From: Anolis carolinensis | Taxonomy: Eukaryota | Reading direction: 5' to 3' | NCBI RefSeq assembly: GCF_035594765.1 | Contig: NW_026943825.1 | Span: 8,981,802 to 9,045,801, forward strand | DNA length: 64,000 nucleotides | Part shown: positions 50,809-63,700 of the stretch, in pieces | Layout: each line of letters starts with the position of its first letter | How positions within the stretch are numbered: the stretch's first letter is position 1 | Position numbers and translations under genes: made by a program | Notes under the pieces: model-generated | Database searches by the model: none | The model's input: the letters and a program-made list of their open reading frames with translations, nothing else | What the model was told of the DNA's origin: nothing

Positions 50809-51145
50809 CTGCGGGGAGCCCCCCAAAAGCGCAGGCCCGGGTGGCGGAGGGTGGTGGGGAGGAGGGTTTTCGTTTCATGTTTTCATTCATTCATTTCACC
50901 CGCAGCCACGCGTCGCCCAAGGACAAGGTCAGCCCGTGGCGGGTTTGGTGGTGGTGATGGAGGAGGAAGGAGGAAGAGGGACGATTCCCAGGCCAATTCA
51001 TACGGCACAGAGGCGCATATATATGTATAAAAACGATAAGGGATATTGCAAGGGAGAAAAAAAGTCAAGATAACACACACTAGCTCAGGCTTTCTTTATA
51101 GTTATATATTTATGTATGTATAAAAAAATCACTAAATATATATAC

Positions 51146-51549
51146 CCTGTTTCCCCTAAAATAAGACATCCCCAGAAAATAAGACCTAGTAGAGGTTTTG
51201 CTGAATTACTAAATATAAGGCCTCCCCCGAAAGTAAGATCTAACAAAGTTTTTGTTTGGAAGCATGCCTGCCGAACAGAACACCAGAGCATGCAGGATCG
51301 GTAAATAGAGTGTTGTACATGGAAATAATGGCAATTACAAGAAATTCTTGATAGGACTCACAGTTTGTCTGGTTATGCTGGTTTGGGATGACAACTACTG
51401 TACACTATATAATAAATGTTCATTTTTTTTGTTTTTAAATGTGAATTCTTCTTCATGGAAAAATAAGACACCCCCTGAAAATAAGGCCTAGCGCATCTTA
51501 GGGAGCAAAAATTAATATAAGACACTGTCTTATTTTTGGGGAAACACGG
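51146..51549. mobile_element. Tc1/mariner-type MITE
   Basis: Inverted termini CCTGTTTCCCCTAAAATAAGACA / TGTCTTATTTTTGGGGAAACACGG with TA flanks. Confidence 0.65.
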
Positions 51550-53388
51550 TAGATATCCAAGAAGGAAACGGTCATGCGAGAAAACATCCTGCAAACAAGC
51601 AAACCCACCCAAGTCAGCACCAAAAAAGAACAGGGCAGAGGAAACATGGGTCTCACGTCCTAGGATACAAATGCTCCAAGGATATAGAAACTGGGTCCAG
51701 GGGCGGCTGAAGCTCTAAGCTGGGTAAGCAACTGAGTAAGCAACAATGCTGTTTACTTACACTTGACAATTACCTAGAGCCGGCCCTGACTGGGTCACAC
51801 CACTAGAACTAGCTTATAAACCACAGAAAAGGGGAGGACCACCTGAAACACGCACCAGCTTTCAACCCACTCCTCAATAAAACTGTAGAATGAGCTGCTG
51901 GAAGAGATTCGACACCTAAATCAGCACAACTGAAGACCTAGTTGGGCAAATAATCTGAGAGTGTGTTTCCTTGTTGCCAGCCAGCCAGACATTGAGATTT
52001 ATCCTGAAGCCAGCAGGACACCCAGTGAAACTATTTATCCCTCACAAAAAAACCAGAGAAGAGGACAAGACATCTAGGAGCAAATCAAAGAGGACATGGG
52101 ATGCTGCAACTGGGATACAGGGGCGCAACATAGGTGTTATATCCTTCAAAGAAAGCACCCTCTTGGTTTCAGTCGTGAAATTATAACATCAGCTTGTCTA
52201 AAAACCACCCAGGTGATGATCACTTCAGCACCATTTTGCTTGAGCCCCTGACAACAGTTCAAGTAGCTTTTGCAAAAGGGATACGATCAGATCTTAAGAA
52301 CCTCAGCACAATTTGAGCGATATCTCCCAGAATGGAGTCACTTTGCCATATTCAGAGATTGGCTAAAGGAGAAATTAGCCACGATAGCAATACATGAGCT
52401 ACCAGATCAAAGCCACATGGGCTTTCTACTAAGGGATCCAGTTGAATCTGAAACAGGACTTAATGGGCTTCTGGCCCAGACCAGAAAGGGCTCTGCTTAT
52501 GTTCTAAGCAAAACAGGGCCACTAAAAAGGGGTTGATCCAAAATAATAATAATAATAATAATAATAATAATCATTTATTTATACCCCACCTCCATCTCCC
52601 AAAGCGACTCAGGGCAGCTTACAAAGCACTCCAAGGTGCAACACACAAAATACTAAAATAGCAGGAACAATATCGTAAACAAGAACAGCCAGCAAAAGTA
52701 TCACTTCACAACTCCCCCCCCCCCACTTAAAATCAGTAAAATACAGAAATAGCTGATGGTATAAAACAACAACTGTCAATCTCACTCATGTAAAGTTGCT
52801 TGGTGAAATCTATGGGTCCTCACATATATTCATGAGAGACAGCCATTGGATAACCAGCCTCATTACAATTCTATTCTGAAATTTACTATGTCCCTCTTAT
52901 TTGGGTATTTTAATCTAATGATTCTATCTTTATATTGCTTCTGCAGTTCCTCCACCTATGAAGTTTGACTGAATTGTATTGGTGGTTGTTTGACATTATT
53001 ATTTTTGTTTTAACTTTTATTACCTTATTGTGTTTTAACCTGTGTATATTGTGCTAATGTATTTGTGTTGTTACTTTTGTAACAATGTGAGCCGCCCTGA
53101 GTCCCCACGGGGAGATGGTGGCGGGGTATAAAGTTTTATTATTATTATTAATATGAAGGCATCTGAGTATGGTCGAAGGCTTGTTGTGGACAATTCATCA
53201 AAAAGGGATTTCTGTCCAACACAAAAAGACCACGAGGATCAGCAGAACAGAAGCTGGTCCAAAGATGACATTAGTGGTCATCCAAACATCCAAACTACAG
53301 TCGTATTTCCACATGTCAACGTAAGGTGGTCTTTAGGGGCTTGGCAGATGCACCTGACACAAGGTTGTTGCAGCCAGGAAGTACTCAC

Positions 53389-53617
53389 CGATGAAGACTG
53401 GCTAAAGGAGCGGCTGTGACGGCGTCTCCGCCGCCGCTTTCGCCGACTGCTCTTGCAGCTGCGGTAGCTGTCGTCGTGGGAGCGCTGGTACTCATAGGAG
53501 TGGTGGTACTCGGCCTCATAGTAGGCGTCGCCTCGGTCGCGGCTGTAGCCCTCTCGCCGGTAGCCATCACAGTATCGTCGGTCATAAGCCCGTCGATCAG
53601 ATGAGTGGTCATCGTAA
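53389..53617 (-). CDS. CLK2: CLK2 exon 3
   Basis: YDDHSSDRRAYDRRYCDGYRR...HSRSFSQSSS; 229 bp; AG/GT boundaries. Confidence 0.93.
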
Positions 53618-55695
53618 CTGAGCGAAGCCCAGGGAGTGGAGAAGAAATATAATCAGATCCAAGAACGGAGGTAATTTTATTTTAATTACTATATTTACAC
53701 CCCACCCTTCTCACCCCGAAGGGGACTCAGAGTGGCTTACAAATTGGCAACAATTCAACGCAGTATAAACAAACATATAAAAACAATAAGTTTATACCAT
53801 ATATACTCAAGTATAAGCTGAGTTTTTCAGCCCTTTGTTAGGACTGAAAAAGCCCTCCTCAGCTTATACTCAGGTGAGGGTCCTGGTTGGCTTATATTCG
53901 AGTCGGCTTATACTCAAGTATACATGGTACATTTATTATTTTTCTCTATTATTATTAGTATTATTACATTTATTATTTTTCTCTATTATTAGTAGTATTA
54001 TTACATTTATTATTTTATTCTATTTATTTTTATTATTACATGTATTATTTTATGCTATTATTATTGTTTAATTTAATTTACTCTACTTTTATTATTAATA
54101 CATTTCTTATTTCACTGATATTATTACTACATTTATTATTTTACTCCACTTATTATTACATTTATTGGTTTACTGTATTATTATTATTACATTTATTATT
54201 TTACTCTATTACTGTTAAAAGATTACATAAGCCCATTTACATTCAAGAATATGAGAATAACGATTTAATCAGAGTTGGACAGTCTTATCCTAAATTAGAG
54301 TTTTATGTAAATATTCAAAAACATTTAGCCTACTGATGCCTCAATTAATGTAATTCTATTGGTATTTATTTTTATTTCTGAAATTTACTGCTCTCAGATT
54401 ATATTTGGGTCAGTGTTTTTCCCAGTTTTTTTGTGGTAAAATTAGGTGCCTTGGCTTATATCCAGGTCGGCTTATACTCAAGTATATACGGTACATTAAA
54501 CCATTAAAAATTAAGAAAAAACATCTATGCATTAAAAGCAAGGATTAAATACCACACAAAGTCAAAGCCCAGGAGCCATTCCAATCATCAGCTGAATTCA
54601 CCCTGTTGATTTGTGGTTATAGTCTGTTGGACCTTCTAAATCCCAAGGCCTAATGACACAGCTTGCAATGCTTTCATCCTTCTGTAAAGACTATTCTTCT
54701 TTCATAGACACCAACCAGTTACAACTTTTCTCTGGACCATGAGATTGTTATCTATAGGCTGCTGAAGATAGTTCCTTGCACACCTGATGGATCAAGCAAT
54801 ATTACAACAAATATGGTTGGACTTCAGCTCCCAGATGATCAGGAATTCCAGGATCTGTAGTCAAGCCAAGTTTGGATTCTAACCTGGAACTCATTAGGAA
54901 GACAAATCTATATACAGTGTTCCCTCACTACTTCGCGGTTCACTTTTCGCAGATTCGCTGTTTCGCGGTTTTTCAATAAACTCTAAAAGACTATTATAAA
55001 TCATAAAAAATTACAATTTACAGACTAAGGAAGGGAGGAAGGAGAAGCCAAAGGGAGAGAAAAGGAGCCCAAGTGACAACGGGAGGAGAAGGAGGCGATT
55101 TATCAACACACAATTGGTTGATAAAGACTTTTTTTTTAAATAATTTTTATTAAGGATAAAATATGGTCTCTTTTCCATAAAAAGTGGGGGAACATTAAGG
55201 ATATAGGAAAGTGGGAAAGTAAAGAAAAAAATAACAGCGGAGAGAGAGAGAGAGAGGGAGAGAGAGAGAAAAGAGGTTATATATGTCCTTCCATTCTTCA
55301 TGGTAGTCATATTTTCTCTCCTCTTTCCTTACCTAATATGTTTAGTCTTTCTTTAACCTATAGCAGTAGTGATTTATTCAGTCCTGTTTGATTTTAAACT
55401 TAACTATTTGTACTGTTTTTTTACTTCTTCAAGCAGTCCATTTAATTTTGTTGTCTTTCAGCCACTTATAAAGACTTAAAATAGTGTATAACTACTAAAA
55501 TAATGTATAAATATTAAAATAAATATAGCATCCCAACTTTGTGGATTTTCACTTATTGCAGGTGGTCCTGGAACCTAACCTATATTGTACGTACATATGG
55601 TTTGTAAGCCACCCTGAGTCCCCTTCGTGGTGACAAGGGTGGGATATAAATGTCGCTAATAAATAAATAAATAAATAAATACAGTTCTGACTCAC

Positions 55696-55859
55696 CTTCG
55701 CGATCGGACGTGGTAGCTGTCTTCCCTGCGATGTCGGCGCTCGCTGCTGCTCGACCGAGAGCGGCTCCGCCTCCGCTTGTGTTTGCGACTTCTGTAACGC
55801 TCGTAGTAGCTTCCTCGGCTGCTACGTTCCGACGAGCGGAACCTTCTGGAATGAGGCAT
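55696..55859 (-). CDS. CLK2: CLK2 first coding exon (exon 2), RS-rich N-terminus
   Basis: cag|ATG; MPHSRRFRSSERSSRGSYYERYRSRKHKRRRSRS...EDSYHVRSR; GTGAGT donor. Confidence 0.95.
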
Positions 55860-56964
55860 CTGCAAACATGGAGATGAGTCTCGGTTCGTAGGGAAGGTCT
55901 TATTTTTCAACTGCAAATTCAGCAGTTTAATCCGCTGCGCCACCGAGGTTAAGTAGATATAAAACATAGGTAAAAGGTAAAGGTTTCCCCTAACGTTAAG
56001 TCCAGTTGTGACCGACTCTGGGGGTTGGGGCTAATCTGCATTTCTAAACCGAAGAGCTGGTGTTGTCCATAGACATCTCCAAGGTCATGTGGCCATAGGT
56101 GCGCCGTTACCTTCCCGCTGGAGCGGTACTTATTGTTCTACTCACATTTGCATGTTTTCGAACTGCTAGGTTGGCAGGAGGTGGGACTAACAGCGGGCGC
56201 TCATTCCGCTCCCGGGATTTGAGCCTAGGACCTTTTGGTCTACAAGTTCAGCAGCTCAGCGCTTTAACTCACTGCGCCACCAGGGGTCCCAGATATAAGA
56301 CATACAATATAAAACACAGAGATGATAATATAGATAGAGGCATGGCTAGATTGGGCATGGAAGGCAATAGATAGAGAGATGTAATAATAATATAATAATA
56401 CAGTAGAGTCTCACTTATCCAAGCTAAACGGGCCGCCAGAAGCTTGGATAAGTGAATATCTTGGATAATAAAGAGGGATTAAGGAAAAGCCTATTGAACA
56501 TCAAATTAGGTTATGATTTTACAAATTAAGCACCAAAACATCATGTTATACAACAAATTTGACAGAAAAAGTAGTTCAATATTATGTTGTAATTACTGTA
56601 TTTACGAATTTAGCACCAAAGTATCACGATATATTGAAAACATTGACTACAAAAATGGCTTGGATAATCCAGAGGCTTGGATAAGTGAGACTCTACTGTA
56701 ATACTTTATTTTTATATCCCGCTCCCATCTCCCCCAGGGGGACTCAGGGCGGCTCACATGGGGAGCAAACCCAATGTCACATATAATAAACAGTCACACA
56801 ATAAAACCAATATAAACAATAAAACCATCTAACAGCATAAAACAACATATCAGAACAATGAGTCGGATCATAGTGCAATATATATCTATATATATTATAC
56901 ATATATAATATTATACAGGCTCAATGTATAGAGAAGCCTGGGCCGACTTGGGCCTTCCTTCCAG

Positions 56965-57102
56965 GTGTTATGGACTCCAACTCCCAGCATTCCTCACAGC
57001 CTCAGGCCCCTTCCTTTTCCCCCTCAGCCGCTTAAGCGGCTGAGGGGGAAAAGGAAGGGGCCTGAGGCTGTGAGGAATGCTGGGAGTTGGAGTCCATAAC
57101 AC
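56965..57102. repeat. Perfect 138-bp spacerless palindrome (core of a palindromic hAT-type MITE)
   Basis: 69-bp arms exactly complementary around CTT|AAG at 57033/57034; a split copy lies at 60797-61905. Confidence 0.92.
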
Positions 57103-57199
57103 TTGGTGGGCTGAGGTTTGCCCAGGCCTCCAAGCCTAAAGGAGACTAACCCGCCACAACAATCCCTCAGGGCCTTTCCTTCCTCACAGAAATAATATC

Positions 57200-57560
57200 A
57201 AGGCCCAGTCTTTCCCACCGCGCATGCGCACTCCCGCACCCTCTTGGCCGCCAGCCCCGTCCGCTTGTCCCACAAGAAGTCCGTCTTGGCGGCGGCGGCG
57301 GCGGCAGCTGAGGTCACGGCGACCACCTCTCCTCCGCTCCTCCTCCGCCACCGTCTCTTTCCTTTTCTCGCCCCGTCCTCAAACCCAGACACGGACGGAG
57401 CGTCTACTCTGAAGGAGGGGGTTAAAAGGATAGGCCAAAGAGGCAACGCGCATGCGCAGCCAAAGGCTCACGCACGGGGAGAGCGACGCCACGTAGGTGG
57501 GCCGGCGTAAGAATGCGTCATGACGTCACGGGAGGAGAGATAGATAGAGGAGGATATTGG
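57200..57560 (-). promoter_or_regulatory. CLK2 CpG-island promoter and probable non-coding exon 1 (candidate donor at 57239)
   Basis: GC/CpG-rich; NRF1-type GCGCATGCGC near 57220 and 57448; perfect CRE TGACGTCA at 57521-57528. Confidence 0.65.
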
Positions 57561-58589
57561 TCGTGAGGACATAGAGCAATGAGATTAAAGAGGGTACTCC
57601 CAGGCGAGCTTGCGGGACTATTTAATAACAAGAATAATCATAATACGAGTACAGTAGAGTCTCACTTATCCAAGACTCGCTTATCCAAGTTTCTGGATTA
57701 TCCAAGCCATTTTTGTAGTCAATGTTTTCAATATATCATGATATTTTGGTGCTAAATTCGTAAATACAGTAATTACAACACAACATTACTGCGTATTGAA
57801 CTACGTTTTCAGTCAAATTTGTTGTATAACATGAAGTTTTGGTGCTTAATTTGTAAAATCATAACCTAATTTGATGTTTAATAGGCTTTTCCTTAATCCC
57901 TCCTTATTATCCAAGATATTCACTTATCCAAGCTTCTGCTGGCCCGTTTAGCTTGGATAAGTGAGACTCTACTGTAATAGTTTTTATTTATTTATTTGTT
58001 TGTTTATTTACAGTATTTATATTCCGCCTTTCTCACCCCGAAGGGGACACAGGGCGGATCACATTGTACACATATAAGGCAAACATTCAATGCCATATAA
58101 CGTAGAACAGAGACAGACGCAGAGGCAATTTAAACCTTCTCCAGCTTCCAGCCTCCAGATTTTGGCCAAGGGGGAGCAGCTGTTTCATCATCCACTGCGA
58201 CGGCACTTCCTCATTTCAACGGCGGCTGGATAATATTTATGGTGTCTTAAATTAGCCTCCCCACATATAAGTGGTACCTAAATTTCCTACTTGATAGATG
58301 CAACTATCTTTCGGGTTGCATAGGTCAGCAACGAGCAGGGGCTATATTTTATTTTTAATTGTCGGGTGCTCACTCCGACACTGGCTGGCCTTGAACTCAT
58401 GACCTCATGGTCAGAGTGATTTATTGCAGCTGGCTGCTAACCAGCCTTCCCCCTCAGGGGACCCAAAGCGGCTCACAACAATACATCCTGCATATCAGAG
58501 ATTTACATTACAATTCCCCTTTGTAGAGATAAAGCGGGGTATAAATATAATAATTATAATAACAGTAATAATAATAACAATAATCATCA

Positions 58590-59415
58590 TCATCTCTTCC
58601 TTTTTCCTTCCATTTTCCTCAGCATCGTGATCGTTTCCAAGCTTTCCTGTATCCTCATGATGTGGCCAAAATACTTTAACTTTGCCTCTAATATCCTTCC
58701 CTCCAGTGAGCAGCCATTGGGCATTATTTCCTGGAGGATGGACTGGTTGGATCTTCTTGCCAAGGTCCAAGGCACTCTCAGGATTTTCCTCCAGCACCAG
58801 AGTTCAAAAGCGTCTCTCTTCCTTTGCTCAGCCTTCCTTATGGTCCAGCTCTCGCATCCATAGGTGACTATGGGGAATACCATTGCTTTGACTATGCGGA
58901 CCTTCGTTGCCAGTGTGATGTCTCTGCTTTTCAGTATTTTGTCAAGGTTGACCATTGCTCTCCTCCCAAGAAGGAAACGTCTTCTGATTTCCTGGCTGCA
59001 GTCTGCATCTGCAGTGATCTTCGCGCCTAGAAATATAAAGTCTGTCACTGCCTCCACGTTTTCTCCCTCTATTTGCCAGTTGTCAATCGGTCTGGTTGCC
59101 ATGATCTTGGTTTTCTTGACGTTTAACTGCAATCCAGCTTTTGCACTTTCTTCTTCCACCTTGGTGATAAGGCTCCTCAGCTCCTCCTCACTTTCAGCCA
59201 TCAGAGTGGTATCATCTGCATACCTAAGGTTGTTAATGTTTCTTCCAGCAATTTTAACTCCGACCTTGGATTCCTCAAGCCCCGCACGTCACATGATGTG
59301 TTCTGCGTACAAGTTGAATAGGGAGGGTGATAGTATGCACGCCTGCCGCACTCCTTTCCCAATCTTGAACCAGTCTGTTGTTCCGTGGTCTGTTCTTACT
59401 GTGGCTACTTGGTTT
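58590..59415 (-). mobile_element. RTE-BovB LINE fragment
   Basis: GVRQACILSP, NLRYADDTTLMAESEEEL, LNVKKTKIM, YGCESWT, FELWCWR are typical BovB RT/C-terminal motifs. Confidence 0.85.
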
Positions 59416-59428
59416 TGAGACTCTACTG

Positions 59429-60133
59429 CAGGGGTCCTCAAACTTTTAAAGCAGAGGGCCAGTCCACAATCCTTTAGACTGTTGAGGGGCCGAATGATCA
59501 TTTGAAGAAAAAAAATGAACAAATTCCTGTGCACACTGCATATGTCTTATTTGTAGTGCAACAACAACAACGAAAGAACAATACAATATTTAAAAATGAA
59601 AACAATTTTAACCAACATAAACCAATCAGGATTTCAATTGAAAGTGTGGGCCTGCTACTGACCAATGAGATAGTCAAGTTAATTAGGATTGTTGTTGTTG
59701 CGTGCCTTCAAGTCATTTCAGACTTTGGCCAAGCCTAAGTCTAAAATTAATTATTTATTTACTGCATTTATTTACTACATTTATATCTCACCTTTCTCAC
59801 CCCGAAGGGGACTCAGAGCACCTGTATAATACAAGATATTATATTATTAGTATAGCACAATATTAGCATTATATATTACTATATTGAACTATACCATTAA
59901 TTATACTATTATATAATATGTAATATATAACATATAATTAATATTATTACATGGTATTATGATTAGTATTATATTGTATAACATAATATTATTATCAATA
60001 TTATATGTATATACAATATATTATATTATTAAAACTGATATAAAATATTATATTATAAAACTGAGGGCGGGGGCCAGGTAAATGACCTTGGAGGGCCGCA
60101 TCCGGCCCCCGGGCCTTAGTTTGGGGACCTCTG
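59429..60133. mobile_element. Non-autonomous hAT element (same family as 247-958)
   Basis: Same TIRs and interior; 8-bp TSD CTCTACTG/CTCTGCTG. Confidence 0.82.
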
Positions 60134-60149
60134 CTCTGCTGTACTGTAA

Positions 60150-60462
60150 ATAAATAAGGGCGGTGTCGATCCTCCATCAGTAGCTAGGTGGCGCTCCCTC
60201 CCTGCATTCTTATCGGGTCTTCCGCGCATGCGTATGAGAAACACCTATACACGCACTCAGGCGCTGACTCCCTCTCTCCTCCTTTTTTGCCCGCCTCGCG
60301 CCGGTTGGGTCTAGAGCGCATGCGCGGCCCCGCGTGAGGCGGCGCGCGTGGGGCCTGTGCCCTGCCCACGACGCGGCTCTCCATCTCTCTCTGTGTCTCC
60401 TGAGGGGATGCTGAGGGCCGCTGGTTGAGGAGAAGGAGGAGAAGAAAAGGGAGCCCGCCGCC
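60150..60462 (+). promoter_or_regulatory. HCN3 CpG-rich promoter/5'UTR
   Basis: CpG-dense; NRF1-like GCGCATGCG near 60224 and 60315. Confidence 0.6.
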
Positions 60463-60764
60463 ATGGATCCCCTCAGCGGGAAGGCGGCCCTGGACGGCGA
60501 GGCCCCGGGGCGGCCTGGCGGAGGAAGCGGGGCCAGCGTGGCCGAGCAAATCGTGGCCGCCGACCTAGCCTCGGCCGCCGCGGCCGCCGCCGAACCTCTC
60601 CCCCCGGGGGGCACCTTCGTCCAGCGGCAGCTCGGGGCCCTGCTCCAGCCCGCCGTCAACAAGTTCTCGCTCCGGATGTTCGGGAGCCACAAGGCCGTCG
60701 AGATCGAGCAGCAGCGCGTCAAGTCCGCCGGCACCTGGATCATACACCCCTACAGCGACTTCCG
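60463..60764 (+). CDS. HCN3: HCN3 coding exon 1 (hyperpolarization-activated cyclic nucleotide-gated channel)
   Basis: gccgccATGG Kozak; [42 protein letters not shown] is the HCN N-terminal domain; CG|GTGGGC donor; short N-terminus and head-to-head position with CLK2 indicate HCN3. Confidence 0.92.
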
Positions 60765-63700
60765 GTGGGCCTCGAACCTTCTCTCTAAATCTAGATCAGG
60801 CCTGGGCCCACTTGGGCCTTCCCCTCAAGTGTTTCGGACTCCAACTCCCAGAATGACTCACGGCCTCAGGCCCCTGCTTTTCCCCCCTCAGCCGCTTATT
60901 ATAATTTATTATGCTTTATTATGTTCTTGAAATAAAAAAGTGATACAACAGACCATAGGATAATTCTGCCTGAAATGCAGGCATTTATATTCTACCATCT
61001 AAGAAATTACATTACAAAGTATTTTTAATGTACTAAAAAGCAAAAATATACTATTCTAGGAGTAAGAACATGATTTATTACTAGCCTTAATGAAATATAG
61101 ACTTATCATAAATGCACGTTATATTCTTCTTCTATATCTCTCTGTTAACCAAATGATAACATACTGCTTGGAAATCCTATTATTATTACTACAGTAGAGT
61201 CTCGCTTATCCAACGTAAACGGGCCGGCAGAACATTGGATAAGCGAATATGTTGGATAATAAGGAGAGATTAAGGAAAAGATTAATTATTACTATTATTT
61301 TATTTTCCAACTGTCGTACTGGAACAACAATGATTGTTTAGTTTAACTTTAACAGTTTTTGGCAGTTCTTTGTTAGAGCATTTCCAATGTCAGCTGCTTC
61401 TAACCTAGCGATTTTATTTGAAGTGTTTAATGCCAATGTTTTTTACTTTTGCTTTTTGGTGTGTTTCTTTGCCAAGTACTTTTGCATTTTTATATCACCA
61501 TTTGTTCAGATTTTTTTTTCTTTTTTATATAAATATGGACACTTTAGCTTTAGTCTTAGCTTCAGCCTGGAATATATACAATAACCCACTTTAGCTTTGT
61601 TTTTGGCTTTTGGGTTTTTTTCTCTTTCTCTCCCATGTTTGATCCGTTTTTAATCTCAGTTTTCCTACTTTCTATACAATCAAATGTTCTCACCCTTTTG
61701 ATGTTAATTTACTCTATCTTATAAAGTAAAACTTCAATAAAAATATTTAGGAACCACCACTCCCACGACGCCACATAGGATGGGAGTTGTAGTCTAACGC
61801 TTAAGCGGCTGAGGGGGAAAAGGAAGGGGCCTGAGGCCATAAGGCATTCTGGGAGCTGGAGTCCAAAACGCCTGGAAAGAAGGCCCAAGATGGCCCAGGA
61901 GGCCTGCTATATACAACTATGTATTGCCTTCCACCCCTAATCTAGCCATGCCCTTATCTATGTCTGTTATCATCGGTCTCTATAGCTATATCTATCTACA
62001 GTAGAGTCTCACTTATCTAACATAAATGGGCCGGCAGAATGTTGGATAAGCGAATATGTTGGATAATAAGGAGGGATTAAGAAAAAGCCTATTAAACATC
62101 AAAATAGGTTATGATTTTACAAATGAAGCACCAAAACATCATGTTATACAACAAATTTGACAGAAAAGTAGTTTATTACACATTAATGCTATGTAGTAAT
62201 TAACTGTATTTACGAACGACAGATGGCCATCCAATATCTGCACAATAATAATACACATCGAATCATAGCACCAGACAGTTAGGAGACACCCCTAAAGGCC
62301 ATCCAGTCCAACCCAATTCTGCCATGCAGGACACAATCCAAGCACTCCCAACAGATGGCCATCCAGCCTCAATACTAATACTACTACTACTAATAATAAT
62401 AACAACAACATCATCATACAATCCTAAGGTTTGGAGTGACCCCTAAGGATCATCCAGATCAACTTCCTTCTACCATGCAGGAGGACACAATTCAAGCACT
62501 CCTGACAGATGGCCATCCAGCCTCTACATAATAATGATGATAAAGATTAATAATAATAAAGCATAGAATCCAAGAGTTTGGAGAGACCCCTAAGGGCCAT
62601 CTAGCCCAACCCTTTCTACTATGCAGCAGGACACAATCCAAGCATTCACAACACATGGACAACGTATAAATACTATACAATACTACACAGGGACATAGAC
62701 CCCCTCTACCCTCACCACTTTCACAGTACACAAATAACCAAATGCATACTAAACATAAAGACAACCATACAACAGACATTCAATACCACCACTACCTCAA
62801 CAAGTTCTCACCAACACTACCAGACAACGCAACAGCAACGCGTGGCCGGGCACATCTAGTTTTATAAATATATCTATTACCTTCTATCTGCAATCTATCC
62901 ATGTGTCTATCTGTACTATCATCTCTGTTGATAGCTATATCTAATATCATCCCTATCTCATATCTATTTATACATACAGTAGAGTCTTGCTTATCCAGCA
63001 TAAACAGGCTGGCAGAACGTTGGATAAGTGAAAATGTTGGATAATGAGGGATTAAGGAAAAGCCTATTAAATGTCAAGTTATGTTATGATTTTACAAATT
63101 AAGCACCAAAACACCATGCTTTACAACAAATTGACAGAAAAAGCAGTTCAATACTTGGTAATGTTATGTAGTAATTACTGTATTTATGAATTTAGCACCA
63201 AAACATTACAATGTATTAAAAACATTGACTACTAAAAGTCAGACTGCGTTGGATAATACAGAACGCTGGATAAGCAAAGGTTGGATAAATGAGACTCTGC
63301 TGTATCTCTATGTCTTTAGCCTTCTATCTGTTATCTAGCCATACGTCTATCTATATCTATTACCATCACTCTCTATAGCTATATCTATCCTCATCTCTAT
63401 ATCATATATCTACGCATACATCTCTCTATTGCCTTCTATCTGTAATCTATCCATTCATCTATCTACATTTATTTTCATCTCTCTATAGCTATATCTCTTT
63501 ATTATAATCCTCTCTATACATATATCTATAGCTCACTATCAGTAGTCTATCCATGTATCTACCGGCCACCGCCTTCCTCTCAACTTCACTCCTGTCCTCT
63601 CTGCTGGGCTTCTGGGCCTCTGGCGCTGTCTCTGGTCCTGAATGCCATCTGCTGTGAGATTTCAGTGCTTCCAGGCCTGCCGGTGCAATCTATTCCTTTT

